Notes: generated from the sequence alone by a model not told the origin. 35,172 bases of DNA from Aquificaceae bacterium (GCA_041641075.1 JBEPZA010000001.1:1-35172), one strand, 5' to 3'; positions 20,620 through 30,019 are shown, counted from the first letter of the stretch. Numbers and translations are program-made.

Positions 20620-22256
20620 TGAATCTGATTTTATTCTTAATGATTCCCTTTTTATCTTTTGCTTCTAACGTTTACTTGGATTATCTCATGTGTGCATACC
20701 ATAAGGACTCTCAGCCTATGGTTGCAAAAGATTACTGTATGAGAGCTCTAAAGAAAACTCCAGATCCTATTCTCTACTCAGATGCAATAAGAGTTTACAT
20801 ATCAATTAACGATTTGAACAATGCCTTGACAGTCGCACAGGAGTTTAAAAACAGATATTCAGATGTGGCACAACCCTACATATACCTTTATCAAATATAC
20901 TCCCTGAAAAAAAGGGACGACTTAGCACTAAGCATTTTGGAAGAGGGAGCGTATGTAAATCCACAATCAAGGGAAATTTTGTTTCTTTTGTCTGAAGAGT
21001 ATAGCAAAAGAGGTAATGTAGAAAAAGCCAAAGATGTGCTACTAAAGTTAGTACAGCTAGCGCCAGACAACCCATTGCCTTACTTTTTAATGGCAAAGCT
21101 TTATCTAAACCAGGGAGATCAAAGTTCCGCAATAGAATACTTAGAAAAATCATTAAAGGTCAGACCATCCTTCGAAGCAAGCTTTATTACTCTTGGGCTC
21201 ATATATGAGCAGAAAAGCGAGTACAGCAAAGCAGAAGATGTCTATAAAACCGTACTGAAAAATGATCCATCCAACAAGATAGCTCTGGAGAGACTGGCAA
21301 ATCTTTACATACTAACAAAAAGAAACCAACTAGCTAAAGAAACGATAGAAAATCTTATCAAATACTATCCAGAGGATGATAGGTACAAGCTCCAATATGC
21401 CATTATTCTGATAGATGAAAAAAATTATAAAGAAGCCAGAGGAATACTGGAAAAAGTTTACCAAAAAAACAAGGAAGACATAGAAGTATCCTTTGCCTAT
21501 GGCTTTGTGTTAGAAATGTTGGACGAAAAAGATACCGCACTTTCTGTATATGAACATTTGTATCAAATTAACGCGGACAATCCTAAAGTATTGGAGCGAA
21601 TGGGGCTTATATATACAGAAAAAGGGCAATACGAGAAGGCGAGGGAGGTCTTAAATCGTGCTATAAGTATTAATCCTAACAGTGTATCCGTAAATTTGAT
21701 GATGGCAAACTTACTTTACGAGCAAGATAGGATAGAGGATGCTTTGGTGTATGTAGACAAGGCTATTTCATTAAATCCCAACAACAGTAGATCCTATTTG
21801 CTAAGAGCTATTATCTACGATAAAGCGGGAAGGATAATAGATTCAGAAAGGGACCTAAAGAAAGCTTTAAGTCTCAGTCCAGAAGATCCTGATCTGTTAA
21901 ATCACCTTGGATACTCCCTCTTGCTCTGGTATGAGTCTGCAAGAGTAGAAGAAGCAATGGCTTTGATATCGAAAGCCCTAGAAAAAGATCCGAACAACCC
22001 AGCTTACTTGGATAGCTATGGATGGGCACTATACTTTAGTGGTAAGTATGAAGAAGCCTACGAGTATTTGATGAAAGCCTATCAATTGCAGCAAGACGAC
22101 CCAGTCATAACCGAACATCTAGGTGATGTTATGATGAAGCTAGGCAAGAAGGAAGAAGCCTTGGAGTTCTTCACTAGGTCACTAAAACTCCTTGAAAGTG
22201 GCAAAAAGGGAGAACCAAATCAAAAGGAACGCTTACTAAAAAAGTTGAAGAATTAG
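20616..22256 (+). CDS. Secreted or anchored TPR-repeat protein
   Basis: 546 aa with an N-terminal hydrophobic signal (LILFLMIPFLSFAS). Many 34-aa TPR-like repeats follow (e.g. A..Y..AL...P.N..A...LG..Y). Confidence 0.75.
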   Translation: MMNLILFLMIPFLSFASNVYLDYLMCAYHKDSQPMVAKDYCMRALKKTPDPILYSDAIRVYISINDLNNALTVAQEFKNRYSDVAQPYIYLYQIYSLKKRDDLALSILEEGAYVNPQSREILFLLSEEYSKRGNVEKAKDVLLKLVQLAPDNPLPYFLMAKLYLNQGDQSSAIEYLEKSLKVRPSFEASFITLGLIYEQKSEYSKAEDVYKTVLKNDPSNKIALERLANLYILTKRNQLAKETIENLIKYYPEDDRYKLQYAIILIDEKNYKEARGILEKVYQKNKEDIEVSFAYGFVLEMLDEKDTALSVYEHLYQINADNPKVLERMGLIYTEKGQYEKAREVLNRAISINPNSVSVNLMMANLLYEQDRIEDALVYVDKAISLNPNNSRSYLLRAIIYDKAGRIIDSERDLKKALSLSPEDPDLLNHLGYSLLLWYESARVEEAMALISKALEKDPNNPAYLDSYGWALYFSGKYEEAYEYLMKAYQLQQDDPVITEHLGDVMMKLGKKEEALEFFTRSLKLLESGKKGEPNQKERLLKKLKN

Positions 22257-23108
22257 ATGTTGGTAAATTACATTTCGTGGAGAATACTAAAACTTTCTAT
22301 TGTTGTTAGTTCACTCTTAGCCTTCTCTGTATTTTTTACCCAGCTTTTACGGTTTGTAGATGTTTTGTCTTCCCTTCCTGTAAGGGAATCGCTACTTTTA
22401 GTTTCTGCCTGGTTTTTCTACTTATTTGTGTACTTTTTCCCTAACTCCTTAGTGTTATCTCTTACTTATGTGTTTTTTGAACTAAAAGAAAATAAAAAGC
22501 TTCTAATTATTGAGTCCTTTGGTGTAGACAAAAACAGGTTAATAATGAGGGTATTTGTTGTAATGCTTTTGGCAGTGTTTGGCTGTTTTCTTGGTGGCTT
22601 TTTTGTAGACAGAGAAGATATACAGTTTTTAAGAAGGTACAGTGTATACAAGTACTACAGTTCACTTATAGCTTATGTGCCAGAAAAAACCTTTTATAGA
22701 CTTTCGGAGATGAGCATATATTTGGAAGAGCGAAGTGGGAATAGGGCAAAAAACGTATTCTTTAACTTAAAAGATATGGTCATATTTGCAGAGACTGTAA
22801 ACTTTGAACAGGGGAAGTTAGTTTTCGAAAAAGGTTCGGTTCTACACCAACAGGAAGGCAAGAGCTTTGTAGCTACATTTGACCAATACACATTGAATCT
22901 TCAAGAAGTAGTAGGTCTCGATAGGAAGCCAAGGAGAAAAGATAACATCGTCCACATGGTAAATTTCGGGCTGTTATTTTTATATCTACCTATTGCACTT
23001 TACCTTTCGCTAAAGGTCTTCCACCATACTTCTTCTCTATACTACTTCTTAGCAGTTATTTCTCTAGCATACCAGTTTACTTTAATCCTTGTTAGAAATG
23101 TTATTTAG
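22257..23108 (+). CDS. LptF/LptG (YjgP/YjgQ)-family permease-like membrane protein, short form
   Basis: 283 aa. It has an N-terminal 3-TM bundle with an ESFGV..NRL segment (compare ASG.S in LptF/G), a central soluble beta-rich segment and C-terminal TM helices. It is shorter than canonical LptF/G (~350-360 aa). Confidence 0.5.
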   Translation: MLVNYISWRILKLSIVVSSLLAFSVFFTQLLRFVDVLSSLPVRESLLLVSAWFFYLFVYFFPNSLVLSLTYVFFELKENKKLLIIESFGVDKNRLIMRVFVVMLLAVFGCFLGGFFVDREDIQFLRRYSVYKYYSSLIAYVPEKTFYRLSEMSIYLEERSGNRAKNVFFNLKDMVIFAETVNFEQGKLVFEKGSVLHQQEGKSFVATFDQYTLNLQEVVGLDRKPRRKDNIVHMVNFGLLFLYLPIALYLSLKVFHHTSSLYYFLAVISLAYQFTLILVRNVI

Positions 23109-23151
23109 CGTATATTATGAAAACTAAGAAGAATTTATTACGGAGGAATTT

Positions 23152-24300
23152 ATGGCTCTAAAACCACTAAAACTTAGAAACAAATTGATTCCTATACCTA
23201 TCATACAAGGTGGAATGGGTGTGGGAATTTCTTGGGAGAGGCTTGCTGGAGCGGTGGCAAAAGAAGGTGCAATGGGAGTAGTTTCAGCAGTTGGCACTGG
23301 ATATAGGTTCCCAGAGCTAGTAAAAAGAGACAAATTTGGCAGGCCCATAGGCTCAGTTTACACCCACAACAAAGAGGCTTTAACTCTCATAATAAAGGAA
23401 GCCAAGAAAATATCAGAAGGCAATGGAGCTATAGGTGTAAACATACTACATGCCATAACTGACTACGGACGCGTTGTAAAGGATGCCATAGAAGCGGGAG
23501 CAGATGCTATAATATCCGGAGCGGGACTACCCTTGAGACTCCCAGAGTATGCCCAAGATGCAGACGTAGCACTAATTCCTATTGTTTCTTCGGCGAGAGC
23601 CCTAAATCTAATTTGTAGAACTTGGGAAAGAAAGTATAAACGTGTACCAGATGCTGTGATTCTAGAGGGTCCTAAATCGGGTGGTCACCAGGGATTTAAA
23701 TACGAAGAGTGCTTTTTACCAGAATACCAATTGGAAAATCTCTTTCCATCCGTCTTGGAAGAAGCCAAGGCGTGGGGAGACATACCTGTAATAGTTGCAG
23801 GTGGTGTATGGAGTTACGAAGACATAAAGTATTACATGGAAAGGGGGGCAAGTGGGGTGCAAATGGCAACACGCTTTGTAGCCACATACGAATCAGATGC
23901 ACCCCCCATATATAAGGAAGTACTCCTAAATGCTAAGGAAGAAGATATCATCCTTCTTAAATCCCCCGTTGGCTACCCGCTCAGAGTTGTGAAAACCCCC
24001 TTCATAGAGAGGCTTTTGGCAGGTCTTAATGGTTGGAATGGATGCGTTTCACACTGCGTAACACCTTGCAACAAAGGAGAGGAAGCAAAAAAGGTTGGTT
24101 TTTGCATAGCTGACAGGCTCGGAGCTGCGTGGCTAGGGAACTATCAAGAAGGGATATTCATAAGCGGGGCAAATGGCCACTTGCTTAAAAAGCAAGGTAT
24201 AATATCGGTAAGAGAGCTTATAAAGATGCTAACAGGTCAGATACCAGATGTAACCATGCAAGCAGACAATCTAGAACATAAATTGGGAGGCATCTCATGA
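23152..24300 (+). CDS. Nitronate monooxygenase / FabK-like FMN oxidoreductase family protein
   Basis: 382 aa with PIIQGGMGVGIS, GAIGVNIL, IISGAGLP, GPKSGGHQG and VIVAGGV motifs of the NMO (2-nitropropane dioxygenase) TIM-barrel family. A GGAGG RBS lies 5 nt upstream. Confidence 0.75.
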   Translation: MALKPLKLRNKLIPIPIIQGGMGVGISWERLAGAVAKEGAMGVVSAVGTGYRFPELVKRDKFGRPIGSVYTHNKEALTLIIKEAKKISEGNGAIGVNILHAITDYGRVVKDAIEAGADAIISGAGLPLRLPEYAQDADVALIPIVSSARALNLICRTWERKYKRVPDAVILEGPKSGGHQGFKYEECFLPEYQLENLFPSVLEEAKAWGDIPVIVAGGVWSYEDIKYYMERGASGVQMATRFVATYESDAPPIYKEVLLNAKEEDIILLKSPVGYPLRVVKTPFIERLLAGLNGWNGCVSHCVTPCNKGEEAKKVGFCIADRLGAAWLGNYQEGIFISGANGHLLKKQGIISVRELIKMLTGQIPDVTMQADNLEHKLGGIS

Positions 24301-25085
24301 TTAGAGCTTTGTGGACTTCTGCATCAGGTATGAACGCACAACAGACTAATTTGGATGTTATATCCAATAACATGGCTAATGTGAACACTGTAGGCTTTAA
24401 AAAAATGAGGGCCACATTTCAGGACCTGGTATACCAAACTGTGAGAGACCCAGGAGCGCCAACATCCCCAACAACAAGAACTCCTTCTGGTTTCCAAATA
24501 GGATTAGGTGTCTTTGTGTCAGATACTTATGGAATCTTCTTGCAAGGAAATATATTCCAAACAGGTAATCAATTTGATATAGCAATACAGGGAGATGGTT
24601 TTTTCAAGGTAATACTACCAGATGGCACCATAGCATACACAAGAAATGGGCAATTTAGGCTAGATGCAAATGGTCGAATTGTTAACCCAGATGGATATCC
24701 ATTGGATCCTGAGATAACTATACCGCAAGATGCTATAAGCGTAGGTATTGCTGCAGATGGCACGGTAAGCGTTTTAAGGCAAGGTGCAAATGCGGTTGAA
24801 GAGGTAGGAAGAATAGAGCTTGCCAAATTTATAAATCCGGCTGGTCTTAGACGCATGGGTAATAACCTTTTTATACAAACTGATGCCTCCGGGGAAGCAT
24901 TAATAGACAATCCTGGCAATCAAGGGCTTGGTACACTTCTCCAAGGTTTTCTAGAAGCATCTAATGTCAATGTCGTAGAGGAGATGATAAATCTTATAAT
25001 AGCTCAAAGGTCTTTTGAGTTTAATACAAAAGGTGTAACAGCAGCTGATGAAATGCTCGGTCAAACTGCAAATTTGAGGAGGTAG
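24297..25085 (+). CDS. flgG: Flagellar basal-body distal rod protein FlgG
   Basis: 262 aa. The N-terminus MIRALWTSASGMNAQQTNLDVISNNMANVNTVGFKK and the C-terminus LEASNVNVVEEMINLIIAQRSFEFNTK are rod-protein signatures. The length and internal motifs fit FlgG. Confidence 0.88.
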   Translation: MIRALWTSASGMNAQQTNLDVISNNMANVNTVGFKKMRATFQDLVYQTVRDPGAPTSPTTRTPSGFQIGLGVFVSDTYGIFLQGNIFQTGNQFDIAIQGDGFFKVILPDGTIAYTRNGQFRLDANGRIVNPDGYPLDPEITIPQDAISVGIAADGTVSVLRQGANAVEEVGRIELAKFINPAGLRRMGNNLFIQTDASGEALIDNPGNQGLGTLLQGFLEASNVNVVEEMINLIIAQRSFEFNTKGVTAADEMLGQTANLRR

Positions 25086-25095
25086 TTAAAGCTTA

Positions 25096-26001
25096 ATGAA
25101 CACCCTACAGGAGAATATTCATGGACAGCTCTTGAATTATCTTGATCCTGTAGTTAAAGAAGTACTCCAAGTAGGCAAATATATACTTTCTTCTAGTGGC
25201 AAGTACATAAGACCTTCTCTTCTTATATATACAGCAAATATGTTCGATGTAGATATAGAGAAAGTTATACCATTGGCTGTAGGCTTGGAATACATCCACG
25301 TGGCTTCCTTGCTTCACGATGACGTAGTAGATAATGCTCAAATGCGTAGAGGTAAACCATCAGCCCATACCATATTTGGTAATCAGGTGTGTATACTTAC
25401 GGGGGATTATATGTACGCAAAAGCTCTTAATCTTTACTCTACGTATGGGAACATGGAGTCAATAAATGTTCTAAGTCAAGCGGTTATGCAAATGTCTCAG
25501 GCCCAAGTATTAGAACTCAAAAGCTTAGGTGACATACTACCAGAAGAAACCTATTACCAAATAATAGATGGGAAAACAGGAGCACTCATTGGAGCTGCAA
25601 TGGCTATAGGTGCTATACTTGGAGGTAGAAAGGATTACATGGATTTTTACAAAATTGGTATATTAGCCGGAAGGGCTTTTCAAATGGTGGATGACGCTTT
25701 GGATTACGTAGGAAATGAGGAAAAGTTAGGCAAACCGGTTGGAAATGATATAAAAGAAGGCAAATGCACTTACCCGTTAATAAGTGTAATCGATAAATTA
25801 GATAAAGAAATGGTAAAAAAGAGCTTGTTAACAGGAGATGTCGGAGACTTGATACAGACAGTAATCAATCTCGGTGGCGTATCCAACACATTTTCAAAGG
25901 CCAAAGGTTACATAGAAGAAGTCAAGAGTTTTCTTAAGGAATTTAAAAACTCAGAGGATGTAGTATCTCTCATAGAACTTTTCATAAATAGGGATAAGTG
26001 A
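25096..26001 (+). CDS. Trans-polyprenyl diphosphate synthase (IspB/HepT-like; chain length not determinable)
   Basis: 301 aa with the first Asp-rich motif LLHDDVVDN, the second FQMVDDALD and KPVGNDIKEGK. Confidence 0.85.
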   Translation: MNTLQENIHGQLLNYLDPVVKEVLQVGKYILSSSGKYIRPSLLIYTANMFDVDIEKVIPLAVGLEYIHVASLLHDDVVDNAQMRRGKPSAHTIFGNQVCILTGDYMYAKALNLYSTYGNMESINVLSQAVMQMSQAQVLELKSLGDILPEETYYQIIDGKTGALIGAAMAIGAILGGRKDYMDFYKIGILAGRAFQMVDDALDYVGNEEKLGKPVGNDIKEGKCTYPLISVIDKLDKEMVKKSLLTGDVGDLIQTVINLGGVSNTFSKAKGYIEEVKSFLKEFKNSEDVVSLIELFINRDK

Positions 26002-26528
26002 TGAAAAGACCTGTAATGTTAATAGATCTAGATAGGTGTATAGGCTGTCTTTCCTGTGAGGTTGCTTGTAAGCAAGAGAAAGGTTTGGAAACTTTTGGTA
26101 TCAGACCTATGAAGGTGTTTAGAGTAGACGGTATAATGGATTTTCCAGACACTTTTTTCCTCCCAATGAATTGTTTTCATTGCGAAAAAGCCCCCTGTGT
26201 TTTAGCATGTCCCACATCTGCAATGAGAAAAAGGGAAAAAGACGGGATAGTGTACGTAGAAGCGAGTTTTTGTATAGGCTGTAAGGCATGTATAATTGCA
26301 TGCCCCTATGGAGCAATTGCATTTAATCCCACCACTATGAAGGTGGAAAAGTGCGATTACTGTTACAAAAGAGTAGATCAGAAGCTCCTTCCTTCGTGTG
26401 TATCCAAATGCGTTACAAACTGCTTGTATTTTGTGGAAGTTGAAGATCCTCCAAAGCACAGACACATAAAAAACAGGATAGATTCCCAAACTTACTCAGC
26501 ACTTTTTGATTGGACAGAAATGGTCTAA
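26001..26528 (+). CDS. Four-cluster [4Fe-4S] electron-transfer protein (DmsB/PsrB/NrfC-like)
   Basis: It has four Cys groups: CIGCLSCEVAC, CFHCEKAPCVLACP, CIGCKACIIACP and CDYC..CVSKC. The ATG at 26001 overlaps the upstream TGA by 1 nt. The track start at 25998 is a GTG. Confidence 0.8.
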   Translation: MKRPVMLIDLDRCIGCLSCEVACKQEKGLETFGIRPMKVFRVDGIMDFPDTFFLPMNCFHCEKAPCVLACPTSAMRKREKDGIVYVEASFCIGCKACIIACPYGAIAFNPTTMKVEKCDYCYKRVDQKLLPSCVSKCVTNCLYFVEVEDPPKHRHIKNRIDSQTYSALFDWTEMV

Positions 26529-26704
26529 GAAATGATACCAAAGCTTCTTTAAGCAAAGTTTTCGAGAAATTGGGAATGCTCAACAGAATATGATTCTGGC
26601 TTAAGATAATTTTCTTACAAAACCTGAAGATCTTGTATTTAGGTAAGTATGGAATGAAAACTAGAGTCTTTTAGTTGATGGTTAAGTATTAAAGTATATT
26701 CCTG

Positions 26705-26733
26705 AATTTATTTTTGTATGGTTGTGCTATAAT
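26705..26733 (+). promoter_or_regulatory. Candidate rplS promoter with extended -10 (TGcTATAAT)
   Basis: TGCTATAAT lies at 26725-26733, about 35 nt upstream of the rplS ATG. The -35 (AATTTA) is weak. Confidence 0.4.
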
Positions 26734-26767
26734 TTTAAATTCTGTTAAAAACAGGAGGTGTAAAGCA

Positions 26768-27142
26768 ATGAGCAGTTTAATAGAGAGCATAGAAAAAGTT
26801 TACACACTCAAAAAGGATTACCCTCCCTTTAAAGTAGGCGATACTGTCAAGGTCCATTACAAGATAGTTGAAGGTGAAAAGGAAAGAATTCAGCCCTTCG
26901 AGGGAGTTGTTATACGCATAAGAGGTAGCGGAGTGAATAAAACCTTTACCGTTAGAAAAGAATCTTACGGTGTAGGAATCGAGAGAATATTTCCCTATTA
27001 CAGTCCTAACATAGAAAAGATTGAAATTACAAAGATAGGTAAGGTAAGAAGGGCTAAACTTTACTTCCTTAGAAAATACAAAGGCAAAGAAGCCCAAGGT
27101 AAGATTAAAGAAATCAAACCTTGGGAAGTAAAGAAGAAATGA
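26768..27142 (+). CDS. rplS: 50S ribosomal protein L19
   Basis: 124 aa. [29 protein letters not shown] and RRAKLYFLR match L19. The start is set at ATG 26768, preceded by AGGAGGT. The upstream track extension from 26714 has no RBS. Confidence 0.92.
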   Translation: MSSLIESIEKVYTLKKDYPPFKVGDTVKVHYKIVEGEKERIQPFEGVVIRIRGSGVNKTFTVRKESYGVGIERIFPYYSPNIEKIEITKIGKVRRAKLYFLRKYKGKEAQGKIKEIKPWEVKKK

Positions 27143-27726
27143 CAGAATACGAGAGTAAGTTCTGGGAAAAGGGCTTTTTGGTAGCTGGTGTAGATGAGGC
27201 AGGCAGAGGGTCTTTGGCAGGTCCCGTAGTGGTTGCGGCGGTTATACTTCCACCCTTCTCCCCTGTTATTATAGATAGAGATTCAAAAAAAATGTCTCCG
27301 AAGGAGAGAGAAGAAGCTTATGAACTCATAAAGTCTCATGCCTTAGCTATAGGTACGTCTGTTGTTGAAAATACAGTTGTAGACAGAGTTAACATCCTCA
27401 GGGCTACTAAACTGGCTATGAAAAGAGCCCTGGAAGATCTGAAACATAGATTTGATGTTGTGATAACAGATTATGTAAGGCTTGAAAACTACAATTGTAT
27501 CCCTTTGGTTAGGGGAGATGAGATAAGTATTAGTTGCGCCTGTGCGAGCGTTGTGGCAAAAGTTTTAAGAGATAAAATAATGGAAAAGTATCATCAAATA
27601 CTCCCTCAGTACGGCTTTTTTAAACATAAGGGATACGCTACAAAGGAACACATTGAGAATCTAAGAAGGGCAGGGAAAAGTTTGATACATAGAAGTAGTT
27701 TTTCCCCTGTTAATAAGCTCTTTTGA
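27139..27726 (+). CDS. rnhB: Ribonuclease HII
   Basis: [19 protein letters not shown] is the DEAGRG catalytic motif, and DSKK.S...RE is present. ATG 27139 forms an ATGA overlap with the rplS stop. The track start at 27121 is a TTG. Confidence 0.88.
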   Translation: MTEYESKFWEKGFLVAGVDEAGRGSLAGPVVVAAVILPPFSPVIIDRDSKKMSPKEREEAYELIKSHALAIGTSVVENTVVDRVNILRATKLAMKRALEDLKHRFDVVITDYVRLENYNCIPLVRGDEISISCACASVVAKVLRDKIMEKYHQILPQYGFFKHKGYATKEHIENLRRAGKSLIHRSSFSPVNKLF

Positions 27727-28589
27727 TGCACAAAAGTGTCTTGTTAGAAGAATCTACAAATCTTTTGCTTGGTAACGGCGGAAATCTTTACGTAGATTGC
27801 ACGGTAGGTCTAGGTGGGCATACTAAAGCTATACTCGAAAGAAACCCAAAAGCCTTTGTAATAGGTATAGATAGAGATCCATACGCATTAGAGATAGCAA
27901 AGAAAAACTTACATGAGTTTGAGGGTCGTTTTGTACTTTACCATGCCAATTACAGAGATTTAGATATTGTACTAAGTGAGGAAGGTATAGATAAAGTGGA
28001 TGGATTTTTGTTTGATCTGGGCGTATCTATGCTTCAAATAAGATCTTCTAGAGGCTTCTCCTTTCAGAGGGATGATCCATTGGATATGCGCATGAATCCA
28101 GAAGACAGCAAAACTGCGTACCAGATTGTAAATTACTACACCCAAAAAGATCTAGAAAAAATTATTAGAGAGTATGGAGAAGAAAGGCAAGCAAAGAAAA
28201 TAGCTCAAGCCATATTACTCTATAGATCAAGAAAACCCATAGAAACTACGGCAGAACTGGCAAATATTGTACTTTCTGTAATTCCCAGAAAACACTCAAG
28301 AATTCATCCAGCCACTAAGACTTTTCAAGCAATAAGGATAGAGGTAAATGATGAACTAAAATCCTTAGAGTCAGCACTAGAAAAAACTATTCCCTTCTTA
28401 AAGAGCTTATCACGTATAGTAGTTATAAGCTTTCACTCATTAGAGGATAGAATAGTAAAGAGCTTTTTCAAGAGACACGCTAAAACACTGAAAAGTTTGA
28501 CAAAAAAACCAATAGTGCCTACTATAAAAGAGGTGAAGGAGAATCCGGCTAGTAGAAGTGCAAAACTCAGAGCAGGAGAGAAAATATGA
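27726..28589 (+). CDS. rsmH: 16S rRNA (cytosine1402-N4)-methyltransferase RsmH (MraW)
   Basis: [40 protein letters not shown] and [10 protein letters not shown] are present. Confidence 0.92.
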   Translation: MHKSVLLEESTNLLLGNGGNLYVDCTVGLGGHTKAILERNPKAFVIGIDRDPYALEIAKKNLHEFEGRFVLYHANYRDLDIVLSEEGIDKVDGFLFDLGVSMLQIRSSRGFSFQRDDPLDMRMNPEDSKTAYQIVNYYTQKDLEKIIREYGEERQAKKIAQAILLYRSRKPIETTAELANIVLSVIPRKHSRIHPATKTFQAIRIEVNDELKSLESALEKTIPFLKSLSRIVVISFHSLEDRIVKSFFKRHAKTLKSLTKKPIVPTIKEVKENPASRSAKLRAGEKI

Positions 28590-28825
28590 AGTACTTGGTG
28601 TTAAGCTCTTTTTTGCTTTTGATAAATCTTGTATATTCCTCTTGGTCAACGCACGTTTCTAAGGAGTATGTGAAAGGTCTAAAAACTTACAAAAATGAGG
28701 TAGAAAAGAATCTTAAACTCAAGGCACAGATCGAGAGTAGAATTAACTATACCAATACTAAAGAGTATGCCCGAAAAGCTGGATTTATATCCATAAACTG
28801 GGACAAGGTAGTTATTCTAAGATAG
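28586..28825 (+). CDS. FtsL-like small bitopic cell-division protein (by position and topology)
   Basis: 79 aa with one N-terminal TM helix, then a coiled-coil-like segment and a C-terminal AGFI motif. It lies immediately after rsmH with an ATGA overlap, the conserved mraW-ftsL position. The sequence itself is weakly diagnostic. Confidence 0.5.
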   Translation: MKYLVLSSFLLLINLVYSSWSTHVSKEYVKGLKTYKNEVEKNLKLKAQIESRINYTNTKEYARKAGFISINWDKVVILR

Positions 28826-28867
28826 AAAATTACCATTTAATTCGCAATTAAGCAAAAACAAGTTACC

Positions 28868-28896
28868 TTGACAGTGTATCCCTCTTAAGTTAATGT
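28868..28896 (+). promoter_or_regulatory. Candidate promoter for the EAL gene: TTGACA-N17-TAATGT
   Basis: TTGACA at 28868-28873, a 17-nt spacer and TAATGT at 28891-28896, about 30 nt upstream of ATG 28928. Confidence 0.4.
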
Positions 28897-28927
28897 TTTT
28901 ATTAAGCCTGCAATAAGGGGTCGCCCT

Positions 28928-30019
28928 ATGGTTAATTGTACAGACTGTGATATAGTGAGATTCTTAACTGGAAAAGCCGTTGATGTTTACGTATCTGCCA
29001 GCCAACAGTGGTTATTGGAGAAGATATACAATTTGACTAAGAAAGACTTTAAGGATATTAATGAATTACCAAATTTACTAGCCCTTAAGAGAGTAGATTT
29101 CCTTTCATTTATAAATTGGCTCTATAAAAACCCTGAATTTACTGAAGCTGAAAAGAAGATAATCTATATTCTCCCATTACCTGAAGGCGAAGAGTTAAAG
29201 CCTCAACACTTTTTCTCAGCAAGAAGGTTGTCAGAATGGTATGAGTTGATATACGCAACTGATCTATTCTATGTCATAAAAAACCGGTCAATAAAAACGT
29301 TTTTTCAACCAATATTTACTGCGGATAAACTGGATTTGTATGGTTTCGAGGCTCTCTCTAGGGGAATTTCGGAAAGTGGTAAATTAATTCCACCTGTCGA
29401 GCTTTTTAGAAAGGCAAAGATCTTAAATCTTCAGTTTTCTCTTGACAGATTAACTAGAGAGAAAGCCATAGAAAACGCCAAGTCTCAAAAAGTAGATAAA
29501 TATCGAATTTTTATTAACTTTACACCTACATCCATTTATAATCCTAAGGAATGTCTAAGTACAACAGTCGCTTTAGCGAATATGCTTAATCTCGATCCCA
29601 ATAACTTAGTTTTCGAAGTTGTGGAATCAGAAAAGGTGGATGACTTGGTTCACCTGGCTTCAATCCTCAATTATTACAGATCCAAAGGATTTAGAACCGC
29701 TTTGGATGATTTTGGAGAAGGCTACTCTTCGCTTAAAATGCTTGAAGCTCTGTCTCCAGATTATATAAAAATTGATATGCACTTTGTAAGGAATATACAT
29801 AAAGAAAGCTTTAAGAGAACAATAGTGAACTCCATCGTATCTACAGCCAAAAGCATGGGCATAAGTACAATTGCTGAAGGGATAGAAACCAAAGAGGAGT
29901 ATTTGACTGTTGTTGAGTTAGGTGTGGATTTTGTCCAAGGTTACTTGTTCGCAAAGCCCACTGAAAGCGTAGATATCCAAGCATACAATCTCACAACTGT
30001 TAATCTTAGACCATCCTAG
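28928..30019 (+). CDS. EAL-domain protein (putative c-di-GMP phosphodiesterase) with an unassigned ~120-aa N-terminal domain
   Basis: The EAL-domain motifs appear in order: FQPIF, GFEALSR, FINFTP (Asn), EVVESE, DDFGEGYSS, IKIDMHFV, AEGIET and QGYLFAKP. Confidence 0.85.
   Translation: MVNCTDCDIVRFLTGKAVDVYVSASQQWLLEKIYNLTKKDFKDINELPNLLALKRVDFLSFINWLYKNPEFTEAEKKIIYILPLPEGEELKPQHFFSARRLSEWYELIYATDLFYVIKNRSIKTFFQPIFTADKLDLYGFEALSRGISESGKLIPPVELFRKAKILNLQFSLDRLTREKAIENAKSQKVDKYRIFINFTPTSIYNPKECLSTTVALANMLNLDPNNLVFEVVESEKVDDLVHLASILNYYRSKGFRTALDDFGEGYSSLKMLEALSPDYIKIDMHFVRNIHKESFKRTIVNSIVSTAKSMGISTIAEGIETKEEYLTVVELGVDFVQGYLFAKPTESVDIQAYNLTTVNLRPS

Noticed and set aside
26529-26767. The 239-bp spacer upstream of rplS as a possible ncRNA, riboswitch, L19 leader or small ORF.
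   Set aside because: It is very AT-rich, with only 4-6 bp AT-dominated inverted repeats, which would be unstable in a thermophile whose known RNAs are GC-rich. Only tiny ORFs of 4-6 codons without an RBS are present. It is best explained as a promoter region with an extended -10 at 26725-26733. A covariance-model scan would be needed for certainty.
26714-27138. Longer track starts for rplS (26714) and rnhB (TTG 27121), and likewise the GTG/TTG starts at 25998, 27723, 31290 and 10685.
   Set aside because: In each case an ATG a few codons downstream has a better RBS or forms a typical ATGA/TGATG coupling overlap, and matches the expected family N-terminus.
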